From positions 176,508-240,507 of the forward strand of contig CAXXIN010000003.1 in NCBI GenBank assembly GCA_963665275.2: a stretch of 64,000 bases of DNA. Reading direction: 5' to 3'. Below the pieces are notes generated by a model. That model was given only the letters and a program-made list of their open reading frames with translations, did not search any database and was not told the DNA's origin. Source of the stretch: Negativicutes bacterium (GTDB lineage Bacteria; Bacillota; Negativicutes; UBA1444). Positions 30,503 to 39,785 of this stretch are shown here, piece by piece. Every line of letters starts with the position of its first letter. Within the stretch, counting starts at the first letter, position 1. The position numbers and the translations under genes are program-made.

Positions 30503-31610
30503 TCAAATCATCCTCCCGGGTCATCCGAGTTGATACCCGAACTATGTAATTGCGAAATAGCGCATCCATCAAAACAAACAGAATGACGAGTCCCTGGATA
30601 ACGAACACCAATGAAGCCGGAACCTGAACGGTACGTTGCATCATGTTGGCGCCAACCCGCAATGCCCCGAAAAACAGGGACGCAATTACGACGCCGGCTG
30701 GGTGCAGTTTACCCAGCAAGGCAACTGCCATCGCATCAAATCCGTACTCGGAGCTAAAGCCATTCATCAGGCGATGGTGCAGAGCAGAAATTTCGACCAT
30801 TCCCGCCAGCCCCGCAAAAACCCCTGACAAGCTCATCGCCAAAATCAGGTTCTTTTGCACATGAATGCCGCTGTTCTTCGCCGCCGTCTGGCTAAAGCCG
30901 ACAGCCCGCATCTGGTACCCGATCGGTGAGCGCCACAACAGGAAATATACGACCAATACACTGATTATGGCAATGCCTACCCCTGCATGCAACCGCGTCC
31001 CTGTCACGAGCGGGGGAAGCCACGCTTCCGGCGCAATCATGGCGGATTGGGGGAAATATCCCGGCGGTTCACGCAGGGGAACATCCAACAGATAGGCTAC
31101 AAAAAAGATGGCCACATAGTTCAGCATAATCGTATTGATGACTTCGGAAACGCCCAGTCTCGCCTTGAGATATCCGGGAATCGCACCCCACAGACCGCCT
31201 CCGAGCATTCCTGCGATCATAACGATCGGCAGGATGATAAGCCCTGGCAATCCCTGAAAATAAATACCGGCCAGTGTAGCGAATAGAGCGCCTATGATCA
31301 TCTGCCCCTCTGAACCTACAGACACCAGACCTGTACGATAGGAAATGGTCAGCCCCAAAGCAGCCAACAACAGCGGCGTTGCTTTGACAAGCGTTTCTGA
31401 AAAGCTGCGGAAACTTCCAAACGCTCCATCCCACATGCTGGCATAGGCTTCGATCGGATTGGCGCCTGACGCCATGACAATCAGCGACGCCACTAGCAGC
31501 GCAAGCGTCAGGGCAACCACCGGCCCCATAATCTCGGGCAGCAGTTTAACAATTTTTTGCTTCCGCTCAATTTCGATGCGGAACTTTCCCAGATTCAGAC
31601 CCATTTGCAT
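30489..31610 (-). CDS. Nucleoside-type ABC transporter permease
   Basis: KATPLLL, GSEGQ, EVINTIMLNY, GFDAMAVALLG. Confidence 0.93.
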   Translation of the reverse strand: MQMGLNLGKFRIEIERKQKIVKLLPEIMGPVVALTLALLVASLIVMASGANPIEAYASMWDGAFGSFRSFSETLVKATPLLLAALGLTISYRTGLVSVGSEGQMIIGALFATLAGIYFQGLPGLIILPIVMIAGMLGGGLWGAIPGYLKARLGVSEVINTIMLNYVAIFFVAYLLDVPLREPPGYFPQSAMIAPEAWLPPLVTGTRLHAGVGIAIISVLVVYFLLWRSPIGYQMRAVGFSQTAAKNSGIHVQKNLILAMSLSGVFAGLAGMVEISALHHRLMNGFSSEYGFDAMAVALLGKLHPAGVVIASLFFGALRVGANMMQRTVQVPASLVFVIQGLVILFVLMDALFRNYIVRVSTRMTREDDLNGCK

Positions 31611-33136
31611 TCACCCGCCTCTTTGCGGGCGCCGGCGCCACCCATCATCAACCCGATATCCGTCATGGAAACCTGTCCAGGAACAAACTCGCCCATAATT
31701 TTCCCCTCATAGAGTACGACAACGCGATCAGAGACCAACAGCACTTCATCCAGATCCGCCGATATCATCAACACTGCAGCACCCTTTTCTTTTTCTGCCA
31801 ATAGTCGGCGATGAACGAATTCCGTTGCTCCGATATCCAGCCCACGCGTCGGTTGCACCGCGAGTATAAAATGCGGATCCCGGCTTATTTCCCGCGCCAG
31901 CACTACTTTTTGCTGATTACCGCCCGAAAAATTCCGCACCAGCGCATCATGGCACGGCGGCCTCACATCGAACTCCTGCACCAGGTTTTTGCTTATTTCA
32001 TCCATAGCCCGGGGGTAAAACACCCCGCGTATTGTAATCGGCTCATGATCATAAGTGTCCAGCGCCATATTCTCTGATACGGTAAAATCCAGTACCAGTC
32101 CTTGCTTTAGGCGGTCTTCAGGAATATGGGCCATTCCGAGCTCAATGCGCTCCCTGGTTGAAACAGCGGTAATATTGCGCTCGTTAAAAACCACTTCACC
32201 CTGCTGCACCGGCCGTAGTCCCATGATGGCTTCCGCCAGTTCACGCTGCCCATTCCCGTCAACACCGGCCACTCCCACAATTTCGCCTTTGCGTACACAG
32301 AGCGAAAACTCTTTCAGCGAAGACACCGGCAAGTCTCCTGCTGCAAAAACGTTCTTCAATTCCATCCTGGATTCCTTGCATATGACTGGCGTTTTTTCAT
32401 AGGACAGGACCACGCTGCGCCCTACCATCATCGCCGCCAGCTCCTCTTTCGTGACCGCTTCCGTCTCCACTACGTTTACCAGTTCACCCGCGCGCAGCAC
32501 CGTCACCCGGTTGGATATCTGCATCACTTCCCATAGCTTGTGGGAAATAAAGATGACCGACTTTCCCAGCGCCACGAATTGCCGCAGAATCACAAATAGC
32601 TCCTGCACCTCCAGCGGCGCCAGCACTGCCGTCGGTTCGTCGAGGATCAGAATATCCGCCCCGCGATAGAGAGCCTTGATGAGTTCAACCCGTTGCTGCG
32701 CACCCACCGATAAATCTTTAACCAAACTATGGGGATCAATGCAAAAATTGAACTTGGCGCTCAATTGCCGCACTTCTTCCACTGCTTTTTCTTTGTCAAT
32801 CGGCATCAATCCGGTTGCCAGGCCCAAAATCACGTTTTCCACCACGCTAAGAGTCGGAACCAGCATAAAATGTTGATGCACCATTCCTACCCCCGCTTCG
32901 ATGGCATCACGCGGCGACTTGATTCCCGTCTTTTGCCCCTTAATATATATTTCGCCGGAATCTTGCAGATAGAGCCCATAGAGTATATTCATCAAAGTTG
33001 TTTTCCCGGCGCCATTTTCCCCAAGCAACGCGTGAACTTCGCCCGGCTTTACGGACAAATCGACCCCCCGGTTGGCTACAACATTGGGGAATCGCTTCAC
33101 GATATTTTTCATTTCCAGGATATACTGATTATCCAT
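31595..33136 (-). CDS. Nucleoside/sugar ABC transporter ATP-binding protein (two NBDs)
   Basis: GENGAGKT, ILDEPTAVL, SGGNQQK, QPTRGLD. Confidence 0.95.
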   Translation of the reverse strand: MDNQYILEMKNIVKRFPNVVANRGVDLSVKPGEVHALLGENGAGKTTLMNILYGLYLQDSGEIYIKGQKTGIKSPRDAIEAGVGMVHQHFMLVPTLSVVENVILGLATGLMPIDKEKAVEEVRQLSAKFNFCIDPHSLVKDLSVGAQQRVELIKALYRGADILILDEPTAVLAPLEVQELFVILRQFVALGKSVIFISHKLWEVMQISNRVTVLRAGELVNVVETEAVTKEELAAMMVGRSVVLSYEKTPVICKESRMELKNVFAAGDLPVSSLKEFSLCVRKGEIVGVAGVDGNGQRELAEAIMGLRPVQQGEVVFNERNITAVSTRERIELGMAHIPEDRLKQGLVLDFTVSENMALDTYDHEPITIRGVFYPRAMDEISKNLVQEFDVRPPCHDALVRNFSGGNQQKVVLAREISRDPHFILAVQPTRGLDIGATEFVHRRLLAEKEKGAAVLMISADLDEVLLVSDRVVVLYEGKIMGEFVPGQVSMTDIGLMMGGAGARKEAGECKWV

Positions 33137-33199
33137 AATTCCTCCTTATCAGGAGGGGAAAGGCCGCAAAACCATTCCCCTCCCTTTCGGTGACCAAAA

Positions 33200-34249
33200 T
33201 TATTTCTCGAAAATCGACTTCGGTAAGGCGCCCTGCTGTTTCAGAGAACCGTCTTTAATTTTGGCGATTACTTCTTTGAGCTTATCCGCAGCGCCGGCAG
33301 GCAGTTTGCTTTCATTGCCGTGGTAGTCGGAGAGGAAGATAGCGTTTTCATTCACGCCCATCAGATAGAGAGCCGGTTTGGCTTCGTTTTTCACCGCTTT
33401 GGAAATAATCGTTTCTACCATGAAGGTTACGCTTTGGATGGCTGAGACAAACACGGTGTCCGGAGCCACGTTGTATTGGTCGCTGATATAGCCAAGAGCT
33501 TTGATTTTCTTGGTCTTGGCCGCATCAATGATCCCCAGGCTCGCCTGATTCGCATTGCCGCTGACAACGTCGGCGCCCTGTTCAATCATGGCCATGGCCA
33601 TTTCCTTCCCTTTGGCAACATCAGACATCGTTTCGGTAAATCCAGTCAACACTTTTACGTTCGGATTGACATATTTGGCGCCAGCCTCAAACCCTTTCAG
33701 CCCGTCTTGAATATGGGGCAATTTGGTGCCACCGATCATTCCGACGGTATTGGTTTTCGTAATCAGTCCAGCCACTGCTCCAGCCAAAAATCCGGTCTGC
33801 GGCGTATTGAAACGCAGGGAAAGCATATTGGGCTCTTGGAATCCATTACCGTTGACGACCGCAAACGTCACCTTGGGATACTGGGGTGCAACCACTTTGA
33901 CCACGTCAGAGAACTCGAAGCCGTGCAGAATCACTAGGTTGTATCCTTTATCTGCATAGTCGCGGATAACGGATTCAAAATCCGGCTGCGGAACATTTTC
34001 TGTATAGGCCGCGTCCACTTTGTATTTGTCTTTGGCCGCCATGAGACCTTTATAGGCGGACTCGTTCCAGCCAGCGTCATTGATTGGACCGGTCAAGACC
34101 ATCGCCACTTTAAATGCCGCCGAAGCTGCCGGTTTAGCCTCTTTTTTAGGTTCTTCCTTTTTTGCTCCGCCACAGCCGACCAGAGCCATACCGGCAAACA
34201 GAACCAACATTGCCCACACCGTCAGTTGAATCAAATTTTTCTTTTTCAT
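33200..34249 (-). CDS. BMP-family (PnrA/NupN-like) ABC substrate-binding lipoprotein
   Basis: Lipobox LVGC, GPINDAGWN, GFLAG, GFEAGAKYVNP, GADVV. Confidence 0.92.
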   Translation of the reverse strand: MKKKNLIQLTVWAMLVLFAGMALVGCGGAKKEEPKKEAKPAASAAFKVAMVLTGPINDAGWNESAYKGLMAAKDKYKVDAAYTENVPQPDFESVIRDYADKGYNLVILHGFEFSDVVKVVAPQYPKVTFAVVNGNGFQEPNMLSLRFNTPQTGFLAGAVAGLITKTNTVGMIGGTKLPHIQDGLKGFEAGAKYVNPNVKVLTGFTETMSDVAKGKEMAMAMIEQGADVVSGNANQASLGIIDAAKTKKIKALGYISDQYNVAPDTVFVSAIQSVTFMVETIISKAVKNEAKPALYLMGVNENAIFLSDYHGNESKLPAGAADKLKEVIAKIKDGSLKQQGALPKSIFEK

Positions 34250-34286
34250 CCCAAAAACCTCCTCTTTCATTTGCTTGCCAGTCGTG

Positions 34287-35675
34287 CTACTCTTTTGAAC
34301 CGAATACCCGTTCCATTAGCTCCTGCGCCTGATGTTGCTCCACTCGCAAAATTTCTTTCTCATCAAGCGCAGGGAAATCACCGTCAACCAGTACGGCTTT
34401 GCCATTGATCACCACCTTTTCAATCGCGTGGGCCCCGGCCGAATAGACTAAAGAAGCCACAGGATCATGAACAGGGCAGGTTCGGGCGCAGCGGCCGGAA
34501 TTCAGCACAAAGAAATCCGCTTTTTTCCCGGCCTCGATCGACCCAATTTCCTGCTCCATGCCAATACCCCGGGCAGCTTCAATCGTCGCCATCTCCAGAA
34601 CTTCCTGCGCCGTCATCGCCATCGGATCACAGAGAAACACTTTATGTAAAAGAGCAGTGCTCTTGAGTACTTCCAACATATCATTGCAGTTGTTGCTGGC
34701 CGCACCATCGGTGCCAAGACCAACAGTCATTCCCATTTTTCGCATTAGCGGCGCCGGAGCAACGCCGGATGCCAGATACATGTTCGAAACCGGATTGTGG
34801 GAGACATAAACATTGTGAGCTTTAAAGGCCGCAAGTTCAGTCTCACCCATCTTCACACAGTGCACTGCGAGCAAATGGCTATCCAGCAACCCGCTCTCTT
34901 CGAAACAGGCCAGCGCGGATCGGTTGAACTTCTTACGGCAAACGGTCTCGTCGGTTTCTGTTTCGTACATGTGCATCGTGACAGGAACAGAGTATTGTTT
35001 CGCAAATGCCCCGGTTTCCCGCAGGCCTTCCATCGACAGCGCCCAAACCCCCGCAGGCGCCAGCCATATGCGAGTCATCAGATCCGAGCGTTCGTACTTG
35101 TTCTTTAGGCGAAGAACATCGGCGAAAACCGCATCCGTTTCTTCGATCAGCTCCGAGGGGAATCCATTGTCACGGCCGGTGTTGCGAAAGCCCCGGCCAT
35201 AAACCAACCGGACTCCCATATTCTTCATCACATCGATTTCCGCGTCAGACAAACACGCGACCGGATGAACCTGCATATAATCCACGACGGTTGTCACACC
35301 GCTCCGCACCGCCTCCAGAGCCCCTCCGGCAGCGGCGGCAGCCACATGATCATGCCGGATACGAATCCCTGCAGGCGCAATCACACGATGCCACCAATTC
35401 TCCAGTGCTGTATCCGTCCCCAGCCCTTTCAACAGGTTTTGATACAAATGCGTGTGAGTATTAATCAACCCGGGAAAAACAAATTTTCCGGTTCCGTCTT
35501 CCGACTGAATATTTTTTTGTGCAGCAAGACTCTGAATTTCTTCAGTAGATCCTATCGCCACAATGCGGTCATTTTCCCACAGCAGTCCGGCGTCTTTGAG
35601 AATGCGCCGCGCCGGATCTACCGTGACGACGGTAACGTGATACAAGGCGCCGCCGGTTATTTGTTGCTCGCTCAT
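34287..35675 (-). CDS. Amidohydrolase cog0402, probable heterocyclic-amine deaminase
   Basis: NTHTHLYQ, HMYET, AVHCV, HNPVSNMYLASG, GTDGAASN; TAATG coupling to the upstream GntR. Confidence 0.9.
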   Translation of the reverse strand: MSEQQITGGALYHVTVVTVDPARRILKDAGLLWENDRIVAIGSTEEIQSLAAQKNIQSEDGTGKFVFPGLINTHTHLYQNLLKGLGTDTALENWWHRVIAPAGIRIRHDHVAAAAAGGALEAVRSGVTTVVDYMQVHPVACLSDAEIDVMKNMGVRLVYGRGFRNTGRDNGFPSELIEETDAVFADVLRLKNKYERSDLMTRIWLAPAGVWALSMEGLRETGAFAKQYSVPVTMHMYETETDETVCRKKFNRSALACFEESGLLDSHLLAVHCVKMGETELAAFKAHNVYVSHNPVSNMYLASGVAPAPLMRKMGMTVGLGTDGAASNNCNDMLEVLKSTALLHKVFLCDPMAMTAQEVLEMATIEAARGIGMEQEIGSIEAGKKADFFVLNSGRCARTCPVHDPVASLVYSAGAHAIEKVVINGKAVLVDGDFPALDEKEILRVEQHQAQELMERVFGSKE

Positions 35676-36412
35676 TACGATTTTTGCCCCCATTTCCACA
35701 GTGTAGTCATTTTGACCAAAACCGGATTGAATTTCACCCAACTTAGGCAAATCGGCATGTCTTCCAAGGTATAGAACGTTTCTTTCCACGAGGTCATCGG
35801 AGTTCCCTTAGGCAATCCGAACAATTCGACGTCTTCTTCCTGCAAAACGGTGGGAATAAACTCCTGAATCCCCTGGGCCAGATCTCTGCGACAATATTGC
35901 CAAATCAAAGTTCCCAGGTCGATTTCATCTTCTACCGTTTCGATGTCCTGGACGAAATATTGATACGGAATCCTGTTCTGCGCATAAATTGCAATCTTCC
36001 CGTCGACCCAAAAAATCTTTTCATACACAACAACCATGCTGTCGGGCTTGATATTCAAGGCCGTCGTTACGATTTCATCAGCCTTTTCCAGGCGCATCGC
36101 TGAATAAGTTGCTTTAGCTTCGTATCCGCCATCCTTCAACAAATTGATGAAATCTGAATATCGATCAATTCTCATCCTGACCGTCAAGGCGCTTTGATGA
36201 ATGAAATTCCCTGAGCCATGGCGTTTACTGATAATGCCCTCGGCGTTCAAATCCTGCAGGGCTTCTCGCAAAGTAGCCAGACTCACCCCAATAAGTTTCG
36301 CCAATTCATCTTCAGGCGGCAGTTTCGCGCCGCTGATTTTTTTCTGCCGTATCATTTCCATGATCACGTCTTTGCCATATTGCGCCCGCGTGGAAACTTG
36401 ATTTTTGTACAG
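35675..36412 (-). CDS. GntR regulator, HutC/UTRA type
   Basis: KLPPEDELAKLIGVSLATLREAL, HGSGNFI; start uncertain (GTG 36367 or in-frame CTG 36412). Confidence 0.88.
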   Translation of the reverse strand: MYKNQVSTRAQYGKDVIMEMIRQKKISGAKLPPEDELAKLIGVSLATLREALQDLNAEGIISKRHGSGNFIHQSALTVRMRIDRYSDFINLLKDGGYEAKATYSAMRLEKADEIVTTALNIKPDSMVVVYEKIFWVDGKIAIYAQNRIPYQYFVQDIETVEDEIDLGTLIWQYCRRDLAQGIQEFIPTVLQEEDVELFGLPKGTPMTSWKETFYTLEDMPICLSWVKFNPVLVKMTTLWKWGQKS

Positions 36413-36819
36413 TATAATCCCCCCAATCGCAAGTCATTGATTGACTCAATGATTGTTTGCGCAGTTTTATGCTTCCTTTTCTCATCAATAAGCTAAAGAC
36501 AAAAATGCAGCTCCACAACAACAAAAGTTGTCGCGGAGCTGCATTGCTCAGCATACCTCATTCTTTTACACAATCCACATCCTATGGATTTTATTGAATT
36601 ATATACCAAGCATTTTTATTATTCAATCCCCCTATTCGTTCCGCCTGTGGTCAATAATAATCTTCACTTGACTAACTTATTTGAAAAACAAAGTTTTGTC
36701 CTCTGTTTTTGTTGATTTTGTGTATTTTCTTTCGACTTATTGGCATTCTTATTGATATTCCTTGCAAATACTCCCGCCACATCGGAGAAATATATTTTCG
36801 CTTTCCAAGCAACCGATAA

Positions 36820-37773
36820 TCAGTTCACTACATTGGTTGGCTTGCCCGCAAGAAATGCCCGCAAATTATTCTCAGCAATGTCCATCAGACGTTGGCGGCT
36901 TTCCTTTGGTGCCCAAGAAATATGGGGTGTAATGATGCAATTTTTTGCCTTAAGCAAAGGATTATCTCCACGAATCGGTTCGCTTGACACAACATCCACG
37001 CCCGCAGCATATATTTTGCCGAAATTCAATGCGTCTGCCAAATCCTTTTCGCGGATCAGCTGCCCTCTGGAGTTATTGATGATAATAACTCCATCTTTCA
37101 TTTTGGCAATATTTTCCGTGTTGATAATTCCCTCAGTGGATGGAAACAGCGGGCAATGCAAACAAATAACATCAGACCGCGCGAACAGCTCATCAAGCGA
37201 GACATAGTCCGCTATGGTCCGTCCAGCATCATTGGGGTATTCATCGCTGGCAATGATCTTCATTCCCAAGGCCTTGGCAATGCGACCGGTTGTTTGTCCA
37301 ATGCGGCCAAAGCCGATAACGCCCATTGTTTTCCCTGCCAATTCAATCAACGGATAATCCCAAAAACACCAATCCGGGTTGGATTCCCAGCGCCCTGCAT
37401 GGACTGCCTGGTCATGGTGCGCCACGTGATGGCAAATCTCCAGCAATAACGCGATTGCAAACTGCCCCACTGACTCAGTTCCATATGTTGGAATGTTGCA
37501 GACCGAGATATTTTTTTCTGTTGCCGCTTGCACATCAATCACATTATAGCCAGTTGCGAGAACGCCAATGTACTGTATCCGGGGGCAAGCCTCGATAGTG
37601 GCTCGATCAATGGGCGTCTTGTTCACAATCACGATCTCCGCCTGGCCAATCCGTTCAATGACTTTGTCCTGGGGAGTTCGATCGTAAACAGTCAGCTCGC
37701 CCATCGCTTCAAATCCACTCCAGCTTAGGTCTCCGGGATTTTCCGTATAGCCGTCCAGAATTACTATTTTCAT
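36820..37773 (-). CDS. D-2-hydroxyacid dehydrogenase (glycerate dehydrogenase/HprA-like)
   Basis: MKIVILDGYTENPGDLSW, ATGYN, GFGRIG, LHCPL, NNSRG, TPHISW. Confidence 0.93.
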   Translation of the reverse strand: MKIVILDGYTENPGDLSWSGFEAMGELTVYDRTPQDKVIERIGQAEIVIVNKTPIDRATIEACPRIQYIGVLATGYNVIDVQAATEKNISVCNIPTYGTESVGQFAIALLLEICHHVAHHDQAVHAGRWESNPDWCFWDYPLIELAGKTMGVIGFGRIGQTTGRIAKALGMKIIASDEYPNDAGRTIADYVSLDELFARSDVICLHCPLFPSTEGIINTENIAKMKDGVIIINNSRGQLIREKDLADALNFGKIYAAGVDVVSSEPIRGDNPLLKAKNCIITPHISWAPKESRQRLMDIAENNLRAFLAGKPTNVVN

Positions 37774-37802
37774 CGGTCGTTCCCTATCCTTTCATCGGTG
37801 GA

Positions 37803-38639
37803 TTATTTCACTTTCTTCGCATCACTTTCAAGATCATGCAACATTTCAAGCGCCGTTTTACTATCGAGGTTTTCATGAATGACGCTCCGAAGAGTCTTAA
37901 CCAGAGAAGTAATATCGCGGTATTCCCAGACAAATCGACCGAAGGTCACCCCGCCAACGCCAACGTCCAGAGCTTCCCTTGTCATTTTAATATAGTCTTC
38001 TACAGTGTTACCCACATCGCCTCCCTGAATAACGACGCGAGCCGGGCAACTTTTCACAACTTTCTCCATCGTTATGGGATCGCCAGTATAGGTAGTCTTG
38101 ATAATATCTACGCCCAATTCGGCGCCTGCCCGAACACAATAGGCAATGTTTTCCCATTTTGTTCTATCTTCCGGCTTAACAGACTCGCCTTTGGGGTAAA
38201 TATGCCCGATCAAGGGCATACCGGCTGCCATACATTGCTTGGATATTAAGCCGATATCGCGAATTTGTTCCGCTTGGTGATCCCCCAGCAAAATCGCGCC
38301 GACAGATACCGCATCCGCCCCCATTCGCACGCCTTCTTCCACATCACCGAAGCATACATCGTAAGTAGGCTGAACCGGTGAATAGCTGGAGCATTTCAGC
38401 AAGAGAGACACTTTTCCCGCGTGCTTGGGCAGGCAAATTTCCGCAATCCCCTTGGTCATAGTGATCGCATCCGGGCCACCCGCTATGATTTTATCAATGG
38501 TTTCCTGAATAGGAATCAGCCCATGCATAATCCCCCTTGATATCGAATGGTCAACGGTTATTGCCATCATCTTATTGCTTTGGGAATTAATCAACCTACT
38601 CATGCGCACTGCTTTGCCTAACATCGCCATAATTCTCAT
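37803..38639 (-). CDS. Class I aldolase, DhnA/FbaB/LsrF family
   Basis: TVDHS, GADAVSV, AELGVDIIKTTYTGD Schiff-base Lys, IQGG, GRFVWE. Confidence 0.88.
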   Translation of the reverse strand: MRIMAMLGKAVRMSRLINSQSNKMMAITVDHSISRGIMHGLIPIQETIDKIIAGGPDAITMTKGIAEICLPKHAGKVSLLLKCSSYSPVQPTYDVCFGDVEEGVRMGADAVSVGAILLGDHQAEQIRDIGLISKQCMAAGMPLIGHIYPKGESVKPEDRTKWENIAYCVRAGAELGVDIIKTTYTGDPITMEKVVKSCPARVVIQGGDVGNTVEDYIKMTREALDVGVGGVTFGRFVWEYRDITSLVKTLRSVIHENLDSKTALEMLHDLESDAKKVK

Positions 38640-38690
38640 ACTCCTTCTTATCTCTTATTATTGACAACTTGTCACTGTAAAAACGCGATT

Positions 38691-39737
38691 TTACGGTTCA
38701 ACGATAATTTTTAAGCCATCTCCGCTTTTCGCCATCTCGTAAGCTTGCTGGAACTCTTCGATTTTAAACGTGTGGGTAACGAGCTCTTCAAGATTCACTT
38801 TGCGGTCAATCACCATCTGTGCTGCGTCCAGGTAATCTTGCCTTTTGCATGCCGTGGAGCCGTTGACATTGATCTCGCCGTAATGAATCGTATTGACTTC
38901 GATCATACACTCGCCGGTACCGGCGAAACCGGCGAACAAATTAACGGTGCCACCTTTTCTGCACAATTTAATGGTCGAATTAACAATTTGGGGAACGCCG
39001 ATGGCTACAACGATTACGTCAACGCCCAGACCATCCGTTTCTCGCATGACAATTTGCTGCAAGTTTTCTGTTGTCGGATCTACCACCAGGTCAGCACCGA
39101 GCTTCGTAGCCTTGGCACGTCTGGATAAAATCGGTTCACTCACGATCACTTTGCGTGCGCCCGCAATCTTGGAAAGCTGCAGATGCATCAGTCCAATCGG
39201 TCCGGCGCCAACAATCAATACGATATCGTTGATTCCTGTCCCTGCATTGTGCAGTCCGCGGATGCAACACGCAAGCGGTTCGATCAATGCCCCTTCGGCG
39301 AAAGAAACATGCTCGGGCAATTTCACTACGTTGCCGCTTGCTAAAGCGATCTCAGGAATCCGTACATACTCGGCAAAAGCACCGTCGAATTCATATCCAA
39401 TGGCTTTTCTGTTGAGACATGCGTTTTCGCGGCCTGTTAAACAACTCTTGCAAGAATGGCAGGGAATTACATTTGCGATAGCTACTTTATCGCCGACCGC
39501 AAACCCTTTCACCTTTTCGCCCACTTCCTTGATTACTCCGCACATCTCATGTCCGATAACCGAAGGATAACGAACATCTTTGGTCTTTTTCCCTTCCAAA
39601 ATCCGGATATCGGTTCCGCAAATGGCAGCTTTTTTGATCTGTAATAAGAGTTCACCTTCACCAATTTTCGGTGTCTCGACTTGTCCAGCTTTAAAATCAT
39701 TGGGTCCTGCCAAAATAACCGCTCTCATAGAACTCAT
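38691..39737 (-). CDS. Zinc-dependent polyol/aldonate dehydrogenase (MDR family)
   Basis: ICGTD, GHE, CHSCKSC-x7-C, EPLAC, GAGPIG. Confidence 0.92.
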   Translation of the reverse strand: MSSMRAVILAGPNDFKAGQVETPKIGEGELLLQIKKAAICGTDIRILEGKKTKDVRYPSVIGHEMCGVIKEVGEKVKGFAVGDKVAIANVIPCHSCKSCLTGRENACLNRKAIGYEFDGAFAEYVRIPEIALASGNVVKLPEHVSFAEGALIEPLACCIRGLHNAGTGINDIVLIVGAGPIGLMHLQLSKIAGARKVIVSEPILSRRAKATKLGADLVVDPTTENLQQIVMRETDGLGVDVIVVAIGVPQIVNSTIKLCRKGGTVNLFAGFAGTGECMIEVNTIHYGEINVNGSTACKRQDYLDAAQMVIDRKVNLEELVTHTFKIEEFQQAYEMAKSGDGLKIIVEP

Positions 39738-39785
39738 TTCCTCCTTTTCTCACAACACATTGTTCACTGATTATATTTTCACGGT

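Noticed and set aside
33150-33186. Hairpins after the BMP gene (and after dctP at about 43927-43961) as riboswitches or ncRNAs
   Set aside because: Simple stem-loops right after binding-protein genes, typical mRNA-stabilising elements; no aptamer consensus seen
18726-36412. Calling the cluster the known urate (ygeWXY-hyuA-ssnA-ygfK-xdh) or uracil (preTA-hydA) pathway
   Set aside because: Carbamoyltransferase, DAP lyase, YgeY, YgfK/PreT and ureidopropionase are absent, while UbiD/UbiX and a RibD-like gene are extra
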